From a virus (lineage: Duplodnaviria > Caudoviricetes), in IMG/VR virus record IMGVR_UViG_3300017700_000588, positions 1 through 49,865 of that record: a DNA stretch of 49,865 nucleotides, one strand, 5' to 3'. The notes under the pieces were generated by a model. The model ran no database searches. It was not told where the DNA came from and saw only the letters and a list, made by a program, of their open reading frames with translations. Both the position numbers and the translations under genes were made by a program. Positions 29,461 to 36,417 of this stretch are shown in pieces; within the stretch, counting starts at the first letter, position 1; the number at the start of each line of letters is the position of its first letter.

Positions 29461-29793
29461 TCAGCGCGTCACGTGAGGCAGGATCGCAGCAACATCGGTC
29501 GCGCGATAATTCCAGGCGTGAACGGGCGTGGGCAGCGTCGCACGCACAGCGTCGTCAGCATACATCGCGCGAAAACGGGCGCGAATGGATTTCGCGTTTT
29601 TGTTGTGTGCGACGCACAACGAAACGAGGGAGACGGTTTCGGTCGACGCGTCGATGCGCGATTGCATGTCGTCGATGCGTTCGTTGATCGTCGCGCGATT
29701 GAGCGAGGTTTTTTCGCGCAGGGGTTTCACGTCGAGGATCGAGGCGAGTTCATTGTGACGCGCGACGAGGGAGGCAATCGTGATACGTGTCAT
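29461..29793 (-). CDS. Small HTH-like protein (cassette D gene 1)
   Basis: Follows promoter and GGAAA RBS; SLVSLC......KSIRARFR...W.Y motif. Confidence 0.65.
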   Translation of the reverse strand: MTRITIASLVARHNELASILDVKPLREKTSLNRATINERIDDMQSRIDASTETVSLVSLCVAHNKNAKSIRARFRAMYADDAVRATLPTPVHAWNYRATDVAAILPHVTR

Positions 29794-29839
29794 GATGTGA
29801 TTTCCGTTTGTTTGTGCATCGCGTTGTTGCGATACACAC

Positions 29840-29872
29840 AGTATACGATCAAGTTATTAAGAAACAGTTAAC
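29840..29872 (-). promoter_or_regulatory. CtrA-box promoter D
   Basis: TTAA-gaaacag-TTAAC at 29857-29872, 11 bp gap, -10 TATACT on minus strand. Confidence 0.75.
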
Positions 29873-30004
29873 ACGATCCCACAAACCTGCGACACGTTGG
29901 ATATAGTTAAAGAAATAATTTGACGGAAATCGGTGCATCAAATTGATGGGAATAATTTGAAGTAAAGAAATGGATCAAATTTTACCCAACCGCTCACTGA
30001 AACT

Positions 30005-30029
30005 GTTAACGTCAATTAATAACGTTAAC
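30005..30029. repeat. 25-bp palindromic element copy 1, overlapping CtrA box 30025-30039
   Basis: GTTAACGTCAATTAATAACGTTAAC. Confidence 0.8.
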
Positions 30030-30045
30030 GGGTCGTTAAGATGCG

Positions 30046-30085
30046 AAAAAAGTTCGGGTGCGGTTTTGGCACACCCGAACAATTT
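30046..30085 (-). terminator. Terminator of cassette C
   Basis: gttcgggtgt...acacccgaac stem with A5 on + strand (U tract on -). Confidence 0.7.
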
Positions 30086-30091
30086 GATCGA

Positions 30092-30421
30092 TTAAATCTC
30101 GAACACGTTGACGCGAATAATTCCATAAAAGTTATCGCGTAAATGGACGTTGTATGTGAACGGTTTCGTGGGATCGGCGTCGGCGATTTCGAGCGTGATG
30201 TCGGTTGGCATTTCGATGGGCGTCGTTTGGTCATCATCGAGGTCGGACATATCGATGTAATCGGTGCGGAGCGCGTCGAGCGCGGTCACGAGCACGGCGT
30301 CGCGGGTGGACGCGGCGCACGTTGGGTATGAGCAGATAAATTCGAGGTCGGCGTCGCGCACAGAGTCGCGCAAGTCGTCGAGGTCGGCAATCGTTGCGTA
30401 TGTCGCCACGTGAACGTGCAT
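30092..30421 (-). CDS. Hypothetical acidic protein (cassette C gene 3)
   Basis: ATG 30421 immediately after upstream stop; ends just before terminator. Confidence 0.6.
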   Translation of the reverse strand: MHVHVATYATIADLDDLRDSVRDADLEFICSYPTCAASTRDAVLVTALDALRTDYIDMSDLDDDQTTPIEMPTDITLEIADADPTKPFTYNVHLRDNFYGIIRVNVFEI

Positions 30422-30422
30422 G

Positions 30423-30695
30423 TCACCACATCCCGACGCACGTTCCGCGATCACGACCCGACGCGATTTCAAATTGCGATTGCGACGGACACGCGTTGCG
30501 TGGAGCGGGAGCGGAGTCGTTCGGGGCGCGACGAGCGTGGATCGTCATCACGGACGGGCGATAGGGCAACGTCGTGGTGCGGATCGTCACGTCGGATTTG
30601 GCGACGGTTTTCGTTTCGGCGCGCGCGTGGTGCACAATCGACACGGTCGGGACGATGATGCACAGGGCGAGGAGCAGGCGTTCGATGCGGCACAT
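30423..30695 (-). CDS. Small secreted protein (cassette C gene 2)
   Basis: MCRIERLLLALCIIVPTVSIVHHARA|E signal peptide; GGAAAGGA RBS. Confidence 0.55.
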   Translation of the reverse strand: MCRIERLLLALCIIVPTVSIVHHARAETKTVAKSDVTIRTTTLPYRPSVMTIHARRAPNDSAPAPRNACPSQSQFEIASGRDRGTCVGMW

Positions 30696-30699
30696 TTGA

Positions 30700-30822
30700 T
30701 TAAAATCCTTTCCATTCGCGACGGGCGAGTTTGTCAACGTTCATCGAGTTGAGGACATCGTTGATCGCGACGCGGGACACGCGAGGTTGACGCGAGAAAA
30801 ACCAATCAAGGAAGCGTTTCAT
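30700..30822 (-). CDS. 40-aa peptide (cassette C gene 1; not in ORF track)
   Basis: MKRFLDWFFSRQPRVSRVAINDVLNSMNVDKLARREWKGF*; preceded by GGGAATGATGAC like the other cassette leaders. Confidence 0.6.
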   Translation of the reverse strand: MKRFLDWFFSRQPRVSRVAINDVLNSMNVDKLARREWKGF

Positions 30823-30847
30823 GTCATCATTCCCGTTTCGATATGTC

Positions 30848-30920
30848 ATCATACGATGCAAGTATTAAGAAATCGTTAACGTGGCGACGACATGCAAGAA
30901 ATGGTTAAGAGACCATTAAC
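30848..30920 (-). promoter_or_regulatory. CtrA-box promoter C plus second upstream box
   Basis: TTAA-gaaatcg-TTAAC 30865-30880, 11 bp gap, -10 TATGAT; second box TTAA-gagacca-TTAAC 30905-30920. Confidence 0.75.
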
Positions 30921-30931
30921 GTAGACGATCC

Positions 30932-30956
30932 GTTAACGTTAATTATTGACGTTAAC
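30932..30956. repeat. 25-bp palindromic element copy 2
   Basis: GTTAACGTTAATTATTGACGTTAAC. Confidence 0.8.
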
Positions 30957-30970
30957 AAGTTGTGAAGATT

Positions 30971-31010
30971 AAAATGGACCCATTCCCGATTTGGGAATGG
31001 ATCGCATTTG
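30971..31010 (-). terminator. Terminator of cassette B
   Basis: ccattccc-gattt-gggaatgg stem with flanking aaaatg/cattt. Confidence 0.65.
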
Positions 31011-31011
31011 A

Positions 31012-31251
31012 TTAAACGATGACGCGGTAGCGCGCGGAGAGGTCGGCGATGGCGAGATCGATTTGGTTCAATTTGTAAGGACGTTCGGTGTAGCGCGTCG
31101 CGGCGCGGAGCATGTCGGTTTTCGAGTAGCGGGAATTTTTCATTCCAACTTTAATCAATTTCAACTGACCGCGAATTGACAGGGCGGCGAAGGCGTTGAC
31201 GAGTTCGGGTGTGTCAGCGACGATCATGACAATTTTCCTTAAATCGAACAC
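31012..31251 (-). CDS. Hypothetical basic protein (cassette B gene 2)
   Basis: Overlaps gene 1 stop; LKLIKVGMK.SR motif; ends at terminator. Confidence 0.6.
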   Translation of the reverse strand: MFDLRKIVMIVADTPELVNAFAALSIRGQLKLIKVGMKNSRYSKTDMLRAATRYTERPYKLNQIDLAIADLSARYRVIV

Positions 31252-31430
31252 ATGGGTTTGATCGACACGCGATAGGATCGCGCGCGCAAGGCGGTAGCGC
31301 GTTTCATCGCGTCGTTGAATGTGAGGTGGGAAATTTCACGACGTTCGTTGAAGCGATTGATGAAGACGAGCGTGTGACGGGTGGTGTCGTCATATCGCGC
31401 GAAGGTCAATGCGTCATTCAGGTTGGTCAT
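31239..31430 (-). CDS. Hypothetical protein (cassette B gene 1)
   Basis: AAAGGAAATGAC-ATG leader after promoter. Confidence 0.6.
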   Translation of the reverse strand: MTNLNDALTFARYDDTTRHTLVFINRFNERREISHLTFNDAMKRATALRARSYRVSIKPMCSI

Positions 31431-31456
31431 GTCATTTCCTTTCGTTCAACACATAC

Positions 31457-31539
31457 ATAATACGAGACAGGTGTTAAGAAAGTGTTAACGTGGCAAGAAA
31501 TCATTTGCGGCCATGCGGCATGGTTAATGGGTGGTTAAC
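31457..31539 (-). promoter_or_regulatory. CtrA-box promoter B plus second upstream box
   Basis: TTAA-gaaagtg-TTAAC 31474-31489, 11 bp gap, -10 TATTAT; second box TTAA-tgggtgg-TTAAC 31524-31539. Confidence 0.75.
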
Positions 31540-31550
31540 GTTCACGAAGC

Positions 31551-31575
31551 GGTAACGTTATTAATTAACGTTAAC
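31551..31575. repeat. 25-bp palindromic element copy 3, overlapping CtrA box 31571-31585
   Basis: GGTAACGTTATTAATTAACGTTAAC. Confidence 0.75.
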
Positions 31576-31589
31576 GGGTTGTTAAGGTC

Positions 31590-31630
31590 AAAAATTCGAC
31601 GGGTGCCGATTTGAGACACCCATCAAATTT
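31590..31630 (-). terminator. Terminator of cassette A
   Basis: aattcgacgggtg...cacccatcaaatt stem with A run on + strand. Confidence 0.65.
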
Positions 31631-31632
31631 GA

Positions 31633-31830
31633 TTATTCTTTAACTTGAATTGTCACAACCGTTTCATCGTCGCAGTACAGGTTGACGCGATCACGAGAGA
31701 CGATTTCGATCTCGAAACCGTCAACGTCGAAGTCGTGAGCGTAGTCGAGCGCAGCGTCGCGTGCATCGCGTGCAACGTAAAACGCGACGACATCGACATG
31801 CGTGATTTTGTAGGTGCGATACGTATTCAT
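31633..31830 (-). CDS. Hypothetical acidic protein (cassette A gene 2)
   Basis: ATGA overlap with gene 1. Confidence 0.6.
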   Translation of the reverse strand: MNTYRTYKITHVDVVAFYVARDARDAALDYAHDFDVDGFEIEIVSRDRVNLYCDDETVVTIQVKE

Positions 31831-32081
31831 GACATCAACGCGATGCGAACAATAAAACGATCATCAAACGATGCGTGATGAAATTCGTATTCGTAATCAT
31901 CACACGTGATCGCGCATGCGTATGTCGTCGCGTCATCATCGTTGATGCGCACGCGAATGATTTCGCACGCGTCATCGTATTCGATTTCAAATGACGTCAC
32001 GTCGCGTTGCGTCGTCGTGCGCATCATTTTCGTGAACGTGTCGCGAAGGTATTTCGTTTCGATGTCGCGTGCGTTGTGCAT
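31827..32081 (-). CDS. Hypothetical acidic protein (cassette A gene 1), paralogue of 36169..36417
   Basis: AAAGGAATGACGAC-ATG leader; FEIEYD...EII.V....Y...I..DD.EY.F. Confidence 0.65.
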   Translation of the reverse strand: MHNARDIETKYLRDTFTKMMRTTTQRDVTSFEIEYDDACEIIRVRINDDDATTYACAITCDDYEYEFHHASFDDRFIVRIALMS

Positions 32082-32106
32082 GTCGTCATTCCTTTTTCGA
32101 TGTCAC

Positions 32107-32139
32107 ATCATCGCACGAAGTTATTAAGAAATCGTAAAC
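32107..32139 (-). promoter_or_regulatory. CtrA-box promoter A (one mismatch)
   Basis: TTAA-gaaatcg-TAAAC 32124-32139, 11 bp gap, -10 GATGAT. Confidence 0.65.
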
Positions 32140-32174
32140 AGGAATGGTTAAGAAATCGAAAACCCGCGACAGCG

Positions 32175-32242
32175 CCCGTTAACGTTAATTGTTAAGGTTA
32201 ACAGAGGGGGGGAACCCGTTAACGTTAATTTTTAAGGTTAAT
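32175..32242. repeat. Tandem pair of the 25-bp palindromic element (copies 4 and 5), 40-bp period
   Basis: cccGTTAACGTTAATTGTTAAGGTTAAC and cccGTTAACGTTAATTTTTAAGGTTAAT. Confidence 0.85.
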
Positions 32243-32426
32243 AGATTGAATTTGAAGAAAAGTCGACGCGTTAACCATCCACCCATCGTTCGATAATTCG
32301 GTCTACCGCGCTACCGCTGCCACCGCTCTGCCGGCAAGGCTGCCCCTGCCGACATTGCGTATTTCGCAGAATTGCCTGGACGCTAGCTAGGCGTGCGTTG
32401 TCGCTCGCGCTGTCATCGTGATGCGT

Positions 32427-32855
32427 TCAACGTCGCGAACGCACCTCAGCGACGTCCTGTGCGCGCCTCAGGATCGCCGCATCGTTGTCATCGAGCGACA
32501 TCGCATCGCTGAATGCATCTGCGGTCTGAACTAACCCCGCACACTGCGCCAACCACAGGAGCATTGTGCGTGTCTGCTGAGCCTGCGCCAGGATCACCTG
32601 GTCCACAGGTCGGTGGCCGGGTTGAGTGCAGATGTAGAAGCTGTCCTGGAACAGCATGTCCGCTGTGGACATCTGATCCATCAGCCACTGCTCGGTCTGC
32701 TGCCGCAGTTCCGGCGTCGAGACGACCAGCCCCGGGGAACCAGCTTTCAAAACGCCAGCTTCCGAAACGCCAGCTTCCGCCCCCTGGTCAGCCAGCTGCT
32801 GTTGGTGCAGCTCCTCGATCTGTGCCTGCGTCTTCGCCCAATGGTCCGTGCTCAC
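32427..32855 (-). CDS. Hypothetical Gln-rich protein
   Basis: GTG start overlapping upstream stop (GTGA), AGGGAG RBS. Confidence 0.55.
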   Translation of the reverse strand: MSTDHWAKTQAQIEELHQQQLADQGAEAGVSEAGVLKAGSPGLVVSTPELRQQTEQWLMDQMSTADMLFQDSFYICTQPGHRPVDQVILAQAQQTRTMLLWLAQCAGLVQTADAFSDAMSLDDNDAAILRRAQDVAEVRSRR

Positions 32856-33511
32856 TTCAATGCTCCCTTGATTGCCTTGCTAACCCGATCCTTGTCCGAC
32901 GGTGCGAACCACCAGCCGTACTCGGGCTTCGTCCACTTGAGCGTGCGCAGTGCAGCCCGAGCGTGTGGCGGCTTGACGTCCGGCACCAGCTCTGCGATGT
33001 GGACAAAGCCAGCGGGACGGTTGGCTGACTTGCTCGGTGCCTTGTCCTTCTTCTCCCGGCGCGGCTTGGGATTGTCCGGATCGCCGCCTCGTTCCTTGGG
33101 ACGACGCTCGTGGTCGGCACCCACCACAGGGCCATCGCCGAGGAACTGTGCGATCATGCCCACATACGGCTCGGGCAGCTCCCAGTCCGTGTCGGCTTCC
33201 GCCAGCTTCTCGAGTGTGTCGTCGTCTCGAGTGGTGACCGTCAGACCTTCCGGCCAGACGAGCTGCGTCCAGCGACCCGACTTGTGCTTGAGCCACTTGG
33301 GCTCGCCTTCTTGGTTTTCGATGAGGGTTTCGAGGAAGGCGGCGGCGCCGGCCCAAGTTGACCAGCTGACGACGAGGAGCTTTTCGGGGTTGTCTTCTCG
33401 GCCGCAGTAGATTGTGACGATGGGCGGCCTCGACGGCGATGAGGGAGTATGCGCGTCAGAAGCTCGTGTATCTGTCGCAGCTGCGGATCGGTTTCGTCTA
33501 GCCATTCCCAT
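32852..33511 (-). CDS. Hypothetical protein with C-terminal HTH-like domain (start uncertain)
   Basis: HIAELV....P.HARAALR...W.K..YGWWF. Confidence 0.6.
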   Translation of the reverse strand: MGMARRNRSAAATDTRASDAHTPSSPSRPPIVTIYCGREDNPEKLLVVSWSTWAGAAAFLETLIENQEGEPKWLKHKSGRWTQLVWPEGLTVTTRDDDTLEKLAEADTDWELPEPYVGMIAQFLGDGPVVGADHERRPKERGGDPDNPKPRREKKDKAPSKSANRPAGFVHIAELVPDVKPPHARAALRTLKWTKPEYGWWFAPSDKDRVSKAIKGALK

Positions 33512-33603
33512 CTCCCAGTGTTTGTGAAGTGAAGTCGGAGGATGCTCCGCAGGTTGCGGGGCTCGAGATCATATTGGCGGCAGAGATGCTTGAGAACAAT
33601 CAA
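33241..33603 (-). CDS. Small HTH-like protein (N-terminal ~50 aa), TTG start
   Basis: AAAGGAAA RBS after promoter; LKHLCRQY.LEPRNLRSILR....GRWEW; Ser-rich tail overlaps next ORF. Confidence 0.55.
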   Translation of the reverse strand: MIVLKHLCRQYDLEPRNLRSILRLHFTNTGRWEWLDETDPQLRQIHELLTRILPHRRRGRPSSQSTAAEKTTPKSSSSSAGQLGPAPPPSSKPSSKTKKASPSGSSTSRVAGRSSSGRKV

Positions 33604-33632
33604 GGCCGTGTTTCCTTTGTTTCGATATGTCT

Positions 33633-33685
33633 ACTCTAGAGACTATGGGTCATTGCGTCAACTGCAGTCTAGAGACAAGGTTAAC
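33633..33685 (-). promoter_or_regulatory. Sigma70-type promoter with upstream GTTAAC
   Basis: GTTAAC-18-TTGACG-17-TAGAGT on minus strand. Confidence 0.65.
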
Positions 33686-33891
33686 AAGGTATAAAGAGAG
33701 CAAGATATCGGCTGATTGGCCTTTTGGATCCACCGTGCGGTCTGGCCGCCCCGTAACCGATTTCTTGCTAGCGGATAAGGTTCACGCGTAACGCCGGACG
33801 AGCATACGCACATACGACTCAATCACGTTGCTTTATCGATCAAATCAATATGCCAGCTCCAAAAGATCAATGATTTCAATGTCAAGCACTG

Positions 33892-34061
33892 TCTTACAAT
33901 CCAATAATCACTGGTGCCGCATGCTTAAATCCGGAATTCAAATCGACAATTCAACTCCCACCCCTAATGATTTCAATGACTTACGAATACCGCTTACAAG
34001 GCATTATTGTTTTGCGTTCCAGATTACATACTGAGCCACCATCAATTATTGGATTGTAAGA
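33892..34061. repeat. 17-bp perfect inverted repeat in AT-rich divergent intergenic region
   Basis: TCTTACAATCCAATAAT (33892-33908) and ATTATTGGATTGTAAGA (34045-34061). Confidence 0.8.
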
Positions 34062-34224
34062 TATTATATATTATTGATATTATTACATTATTTATATATC
34101 CATTCATCATTCATCGATAAAGACCGTTTTGAGTGTTCGCGCGCGCATGCGATGAGAGTATGAAAGTTGACACACAGACCCGTCCTCAAGTACAATACCT
34201 CCGAAGTCATGGGGAGGACCCACA

Positions 34225-34590
34225 GTGATCGACAAAGCGCGCATACGCACCCACATGCGGAGGTTCAAGTTAGCGGCGAGCCAGCACACGAACTCACACA
34301 TAGTCTTCTTGCATCTCCACTGCCAGATGTCACTCGACACCATAAGCGAAGTCACGGGCATCTCACGCAAAACGATCACGCGCATGCTCCTCGGCCAACT
34401 ACCAACAAAAACACAAATCCGTCTTCTCCAACGCGCCGTCAACGCCGCCACCTACGAGCTGGAGTCCATGCTCACATACGAACGCCAGTCTCGCGAAGGC
34501 ATGTATGCTGGGGCGGTCATCACACAGCTCAGCCACCTAGGCCGATCACTAGGCCGCCACGAGATCATCAAGGGAAAGACACGCGCATGA
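34225..34590 (+). CDS. HTH-domain protein
   Basis: MSLDTISEVTGISRKTITRML helix-turn-helix; GGGGAGG RBS. Confidence 0.6.
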   Translation: MIDKARIRTHMRRFKLAASQHTNSHIVFLHLHCQMSLDTISEVTGISRKTITRMLLGQLPTKTQIRLLQRAVNAATYELESMLTYERQSREGMYAGAVITQLSHLGRSLGRHEIIKGKTRA

Positions 34591-35696
34591 CCATCGTATA
34601 TCCCAAGCTTACCAAGACCGATGCCTCAGGACACCAGCGGTTCTACTGGGGTGAAGTAGATGGAGAAGTCTACCGCACCTACTCACAACGCGACAAGCGG
34701 ACTGGCGCAGTGGCGTCCAGTGACACCAGCCCTCGTACCAACCGCTCACGTACTCCGCACGCGCAGTGCCGGTTCGAGATGGATGCGATATACACCCGCA
34801 GAGAACGACTGGGCTGGCGACTTGCCCACGCCAAGAAGCAACGTCGCAAGACTGCCGAGCTCACTTGGTACGGTCCCATGCTGGCGCACAAGTATCCGCA
34901 CCTGCACTACAACACTCGGCCCCACTGGGCGCAAGCCAAGCTAGATGGTGTGCGGTGCATTGGTACGAGGGAGGGGCTCGTGTCCCGTAAGAACGTCATA
35001 ATCACCAGCGTTCCGCACATAGAGCGGCAGGTCAAGAGTTTCTTGGAGCTGCACCCGGAGATCCACACGCTGGACGGTGAACTATACCTGCACGGGCTGT
35101 CGCTGCACGACATCTCCGGCCGCGCACGTAGGCGCACACCCGATACGGAGAGTCAACAGCTACAGTACCACATCTTCGACTGCGAGACTCAGTGGGCTAC
35201 GGACACGTTCACCATGCGCTGGCAGAAGCTGCTGGCCAAGAAAGCCACGGATCACTTGGCCTCGCTGGAGCACCTGTGCATAGTGAAGACCGAGTGGGTG
35301 GAGGATCAGGATGACCGCGACTACCTGCACAAGCGATGGCTGAGAGCCGGCTACGAAGGCAGCATCTACCGCGACCCGGACGGTATGTATCAGCACAAGC
35401 GCAGTAAATTCCTGCTCAAGCGGAAGGACTTCATCGAGAAAGAGTTCAAGATCACTGGTGTCCGAGAGGGCAACGGTGCGTGGCGAGGCTGTGCCAAGGC
35501 GATCGACTACGTGGACGCACGCGGTGAGCCGTTCGAGTCTGGTGTCCGCGGCACACAAGCCTACCTGCGCACGGTGCTGCGAGACAAGAAGAAGATCATC
35601 GGCCGGCTCGGCACTGTGCGGTACTTCAACCTCACGCCGGACCGCAAGGTGCCATACCTACCAGTCACGGTAAACCTCGGGAGATGGGACATATGA
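34587..35696 (+). CDS. ATP-dependent DNA ligase
   Basis: PMLA, KLDGVRC, LDGELY, YHIFD, GYEG...R, RS..LLKRK, G..GTVRYF.LT; ATG 34587 coupled to upstream stop. Confidence 0.9.
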   Translation: MTIVYPKLTKTDASGHQRFYWGEVDGEVYRTYSQRDKRTGAVASSDTSPRTNRSRTPHAQCRFEMDAIYTRRERLGWRLAHAKKQRRKTAELTWYGPMLAHKYPHLHYNTRPHWAQAKLDGVRCIGTREGLVSRKNVIITSVPHIERQVKSFLELHPEIHTLDGELYLHGLSLHDISGRARRRTPDTESQQLQYHIFDCETQWATDTFTMRWQKLLAKKATDHLASLEHLCIVKTEWVEDQDDRDYLHKRWLRAGYEGSIYRDPDGMYQHKRSKFLLKRKDFIEKEFKITGVREGNGAWRGCAKAIDYVDARGEPFESGVRGTQAYLRTVLRDKKKIIGRLGTVRYFNLTPDRKVPYLPVTVNLGRWDI

Positions 35697-36097
35697 TTAA
35701 CCGACGAGTATTCGCCACGCTGCTGGGTGCACTGCCCACACTGGGCAAGACGGCGATGCCGCAGGCCGGGCTGGTGTCCACAGGTGCGATGGCCGCTGTG
35801 ATAGACAGGGAGGTGGGTCGAGAACGCGGCACCGTGGACCCTGCTGCCTCGAACTGGTACCAAGACCGCATCAGCGAGCTGCTCAATCCGGAGCATGTGG
35901 AGCAGAGGTATTCGGACTATCTCTTCAAGCGACATCTCGGCTACAACGTCGGCGAGGCGCTGGACCCGGACCTCCGCGAGATGAAGTCGTTCAGCGCCAC
36001 CGCCAAGGCCCGTATTCAGCGAGACCGCGATTTCATCAAGGAGCTCAATGGCGAGCGGTTCGACATCATGAAGGACATCAAGCGCCAGCAGCGTTAA
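35693..36097 (+). CDS. Hypothetical protein with twin-arginine-like N-terminus
   Basis: MINRRVFATLLGAL..; LDPDL..MKSFS..AK.R. Confidence 0.6.
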   Translation: MINRRVFATLLGALPTLGKTAMPQAGLVSTGAMAAVIDREVGRERGTVDPAASNWYQDRISELLNPEHVEQRYSDYLFKRHLGYNVGEALDPDLREMKSFSATAKARIQRDRDFIKELNGERFDIMKDIKRQQR

Positions 36098-36145
36098 CCT
36101 TGTCTCTCAGACGGCGTTGACGCACGCGCCCACGAGCGATACAGT
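36093..36145 (+). promoter_or_regulatory. Sigma70-type promoter, near copy of the 33633-33685 promoter
   Basis: GTTAACCTTGTCTCTCAGACGGCG-TTGACG-17-TACAGT. Confidence 0.65.
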
Positions 36146-36168
36146 TATGTATCAACAAAGAGGACGAC

Positions 36169-36417
36169 ATGCGCCAGGATCAAATGAAGCAATCGCAGGT
36201 GGAGCACATCCTCCGCCACTTCAAGGCTTGGTTCATCGAGCCGAGCCGAAACTTCCAGATCCACTTCGATGAGGATACCGAGGTCATCACCGTCGCCGTC
36301 TCCCACGGCGTAGGCGCCTACGAGATGGAGGTTGGGTCGGACGATGACGAATACCGCTTCGTCAACCTCGACAACCCGGCCGACATCATCACCTTCCCGC
36401 TGGAGGACCAGGAATGA
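36169..36417 (+). CDS. Hypothetical acidic protein, paralogue of 31827..32081
   Basis: AGAGGACGAC-ATG; FQIHFD...EVI.V....Y...V..DD.EY.F. Confidence 0.7.
   Translation: MRQDQMKQSQVEHILRHFKAWFIEPSRNFQIHFDEDTEVITVAVSHGVGAYEMEVGSDDDEYRFVNLDNPADIITFPLEDQE

Noticed and set aside
29040-32170. UV pyrimidine-dimer avoidance as cause of the composition bias (phage has a dimer glycosylase-like gene)
   Set aside because: TT and TC, major dimer-forming pairs, remain abundant; only CC/CT and complements are depleted
30005-32242. CRISPR array (palindromic 25-bp repeats plus a Cas4-like nuclease at 129..1172)
   Set aside because: Repeats are 600-900 bp apart with genes between, only one pair is close (40-bp period); the nuclease lies in a replication operon and no cas1/cas2 or effector is visible
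32741-32780. Short direct repeat aaacgccagcttccg
   Set aside because: Simple coding duplication (EAGVSEAGV) in a low-complexity linker
34167-34586. His/Arg-rich 140-aa N-terminal extension of the ligase
   Set aside because: Shadow of HTH gene 34225..34590; ATG 34587 is coupled to its stop
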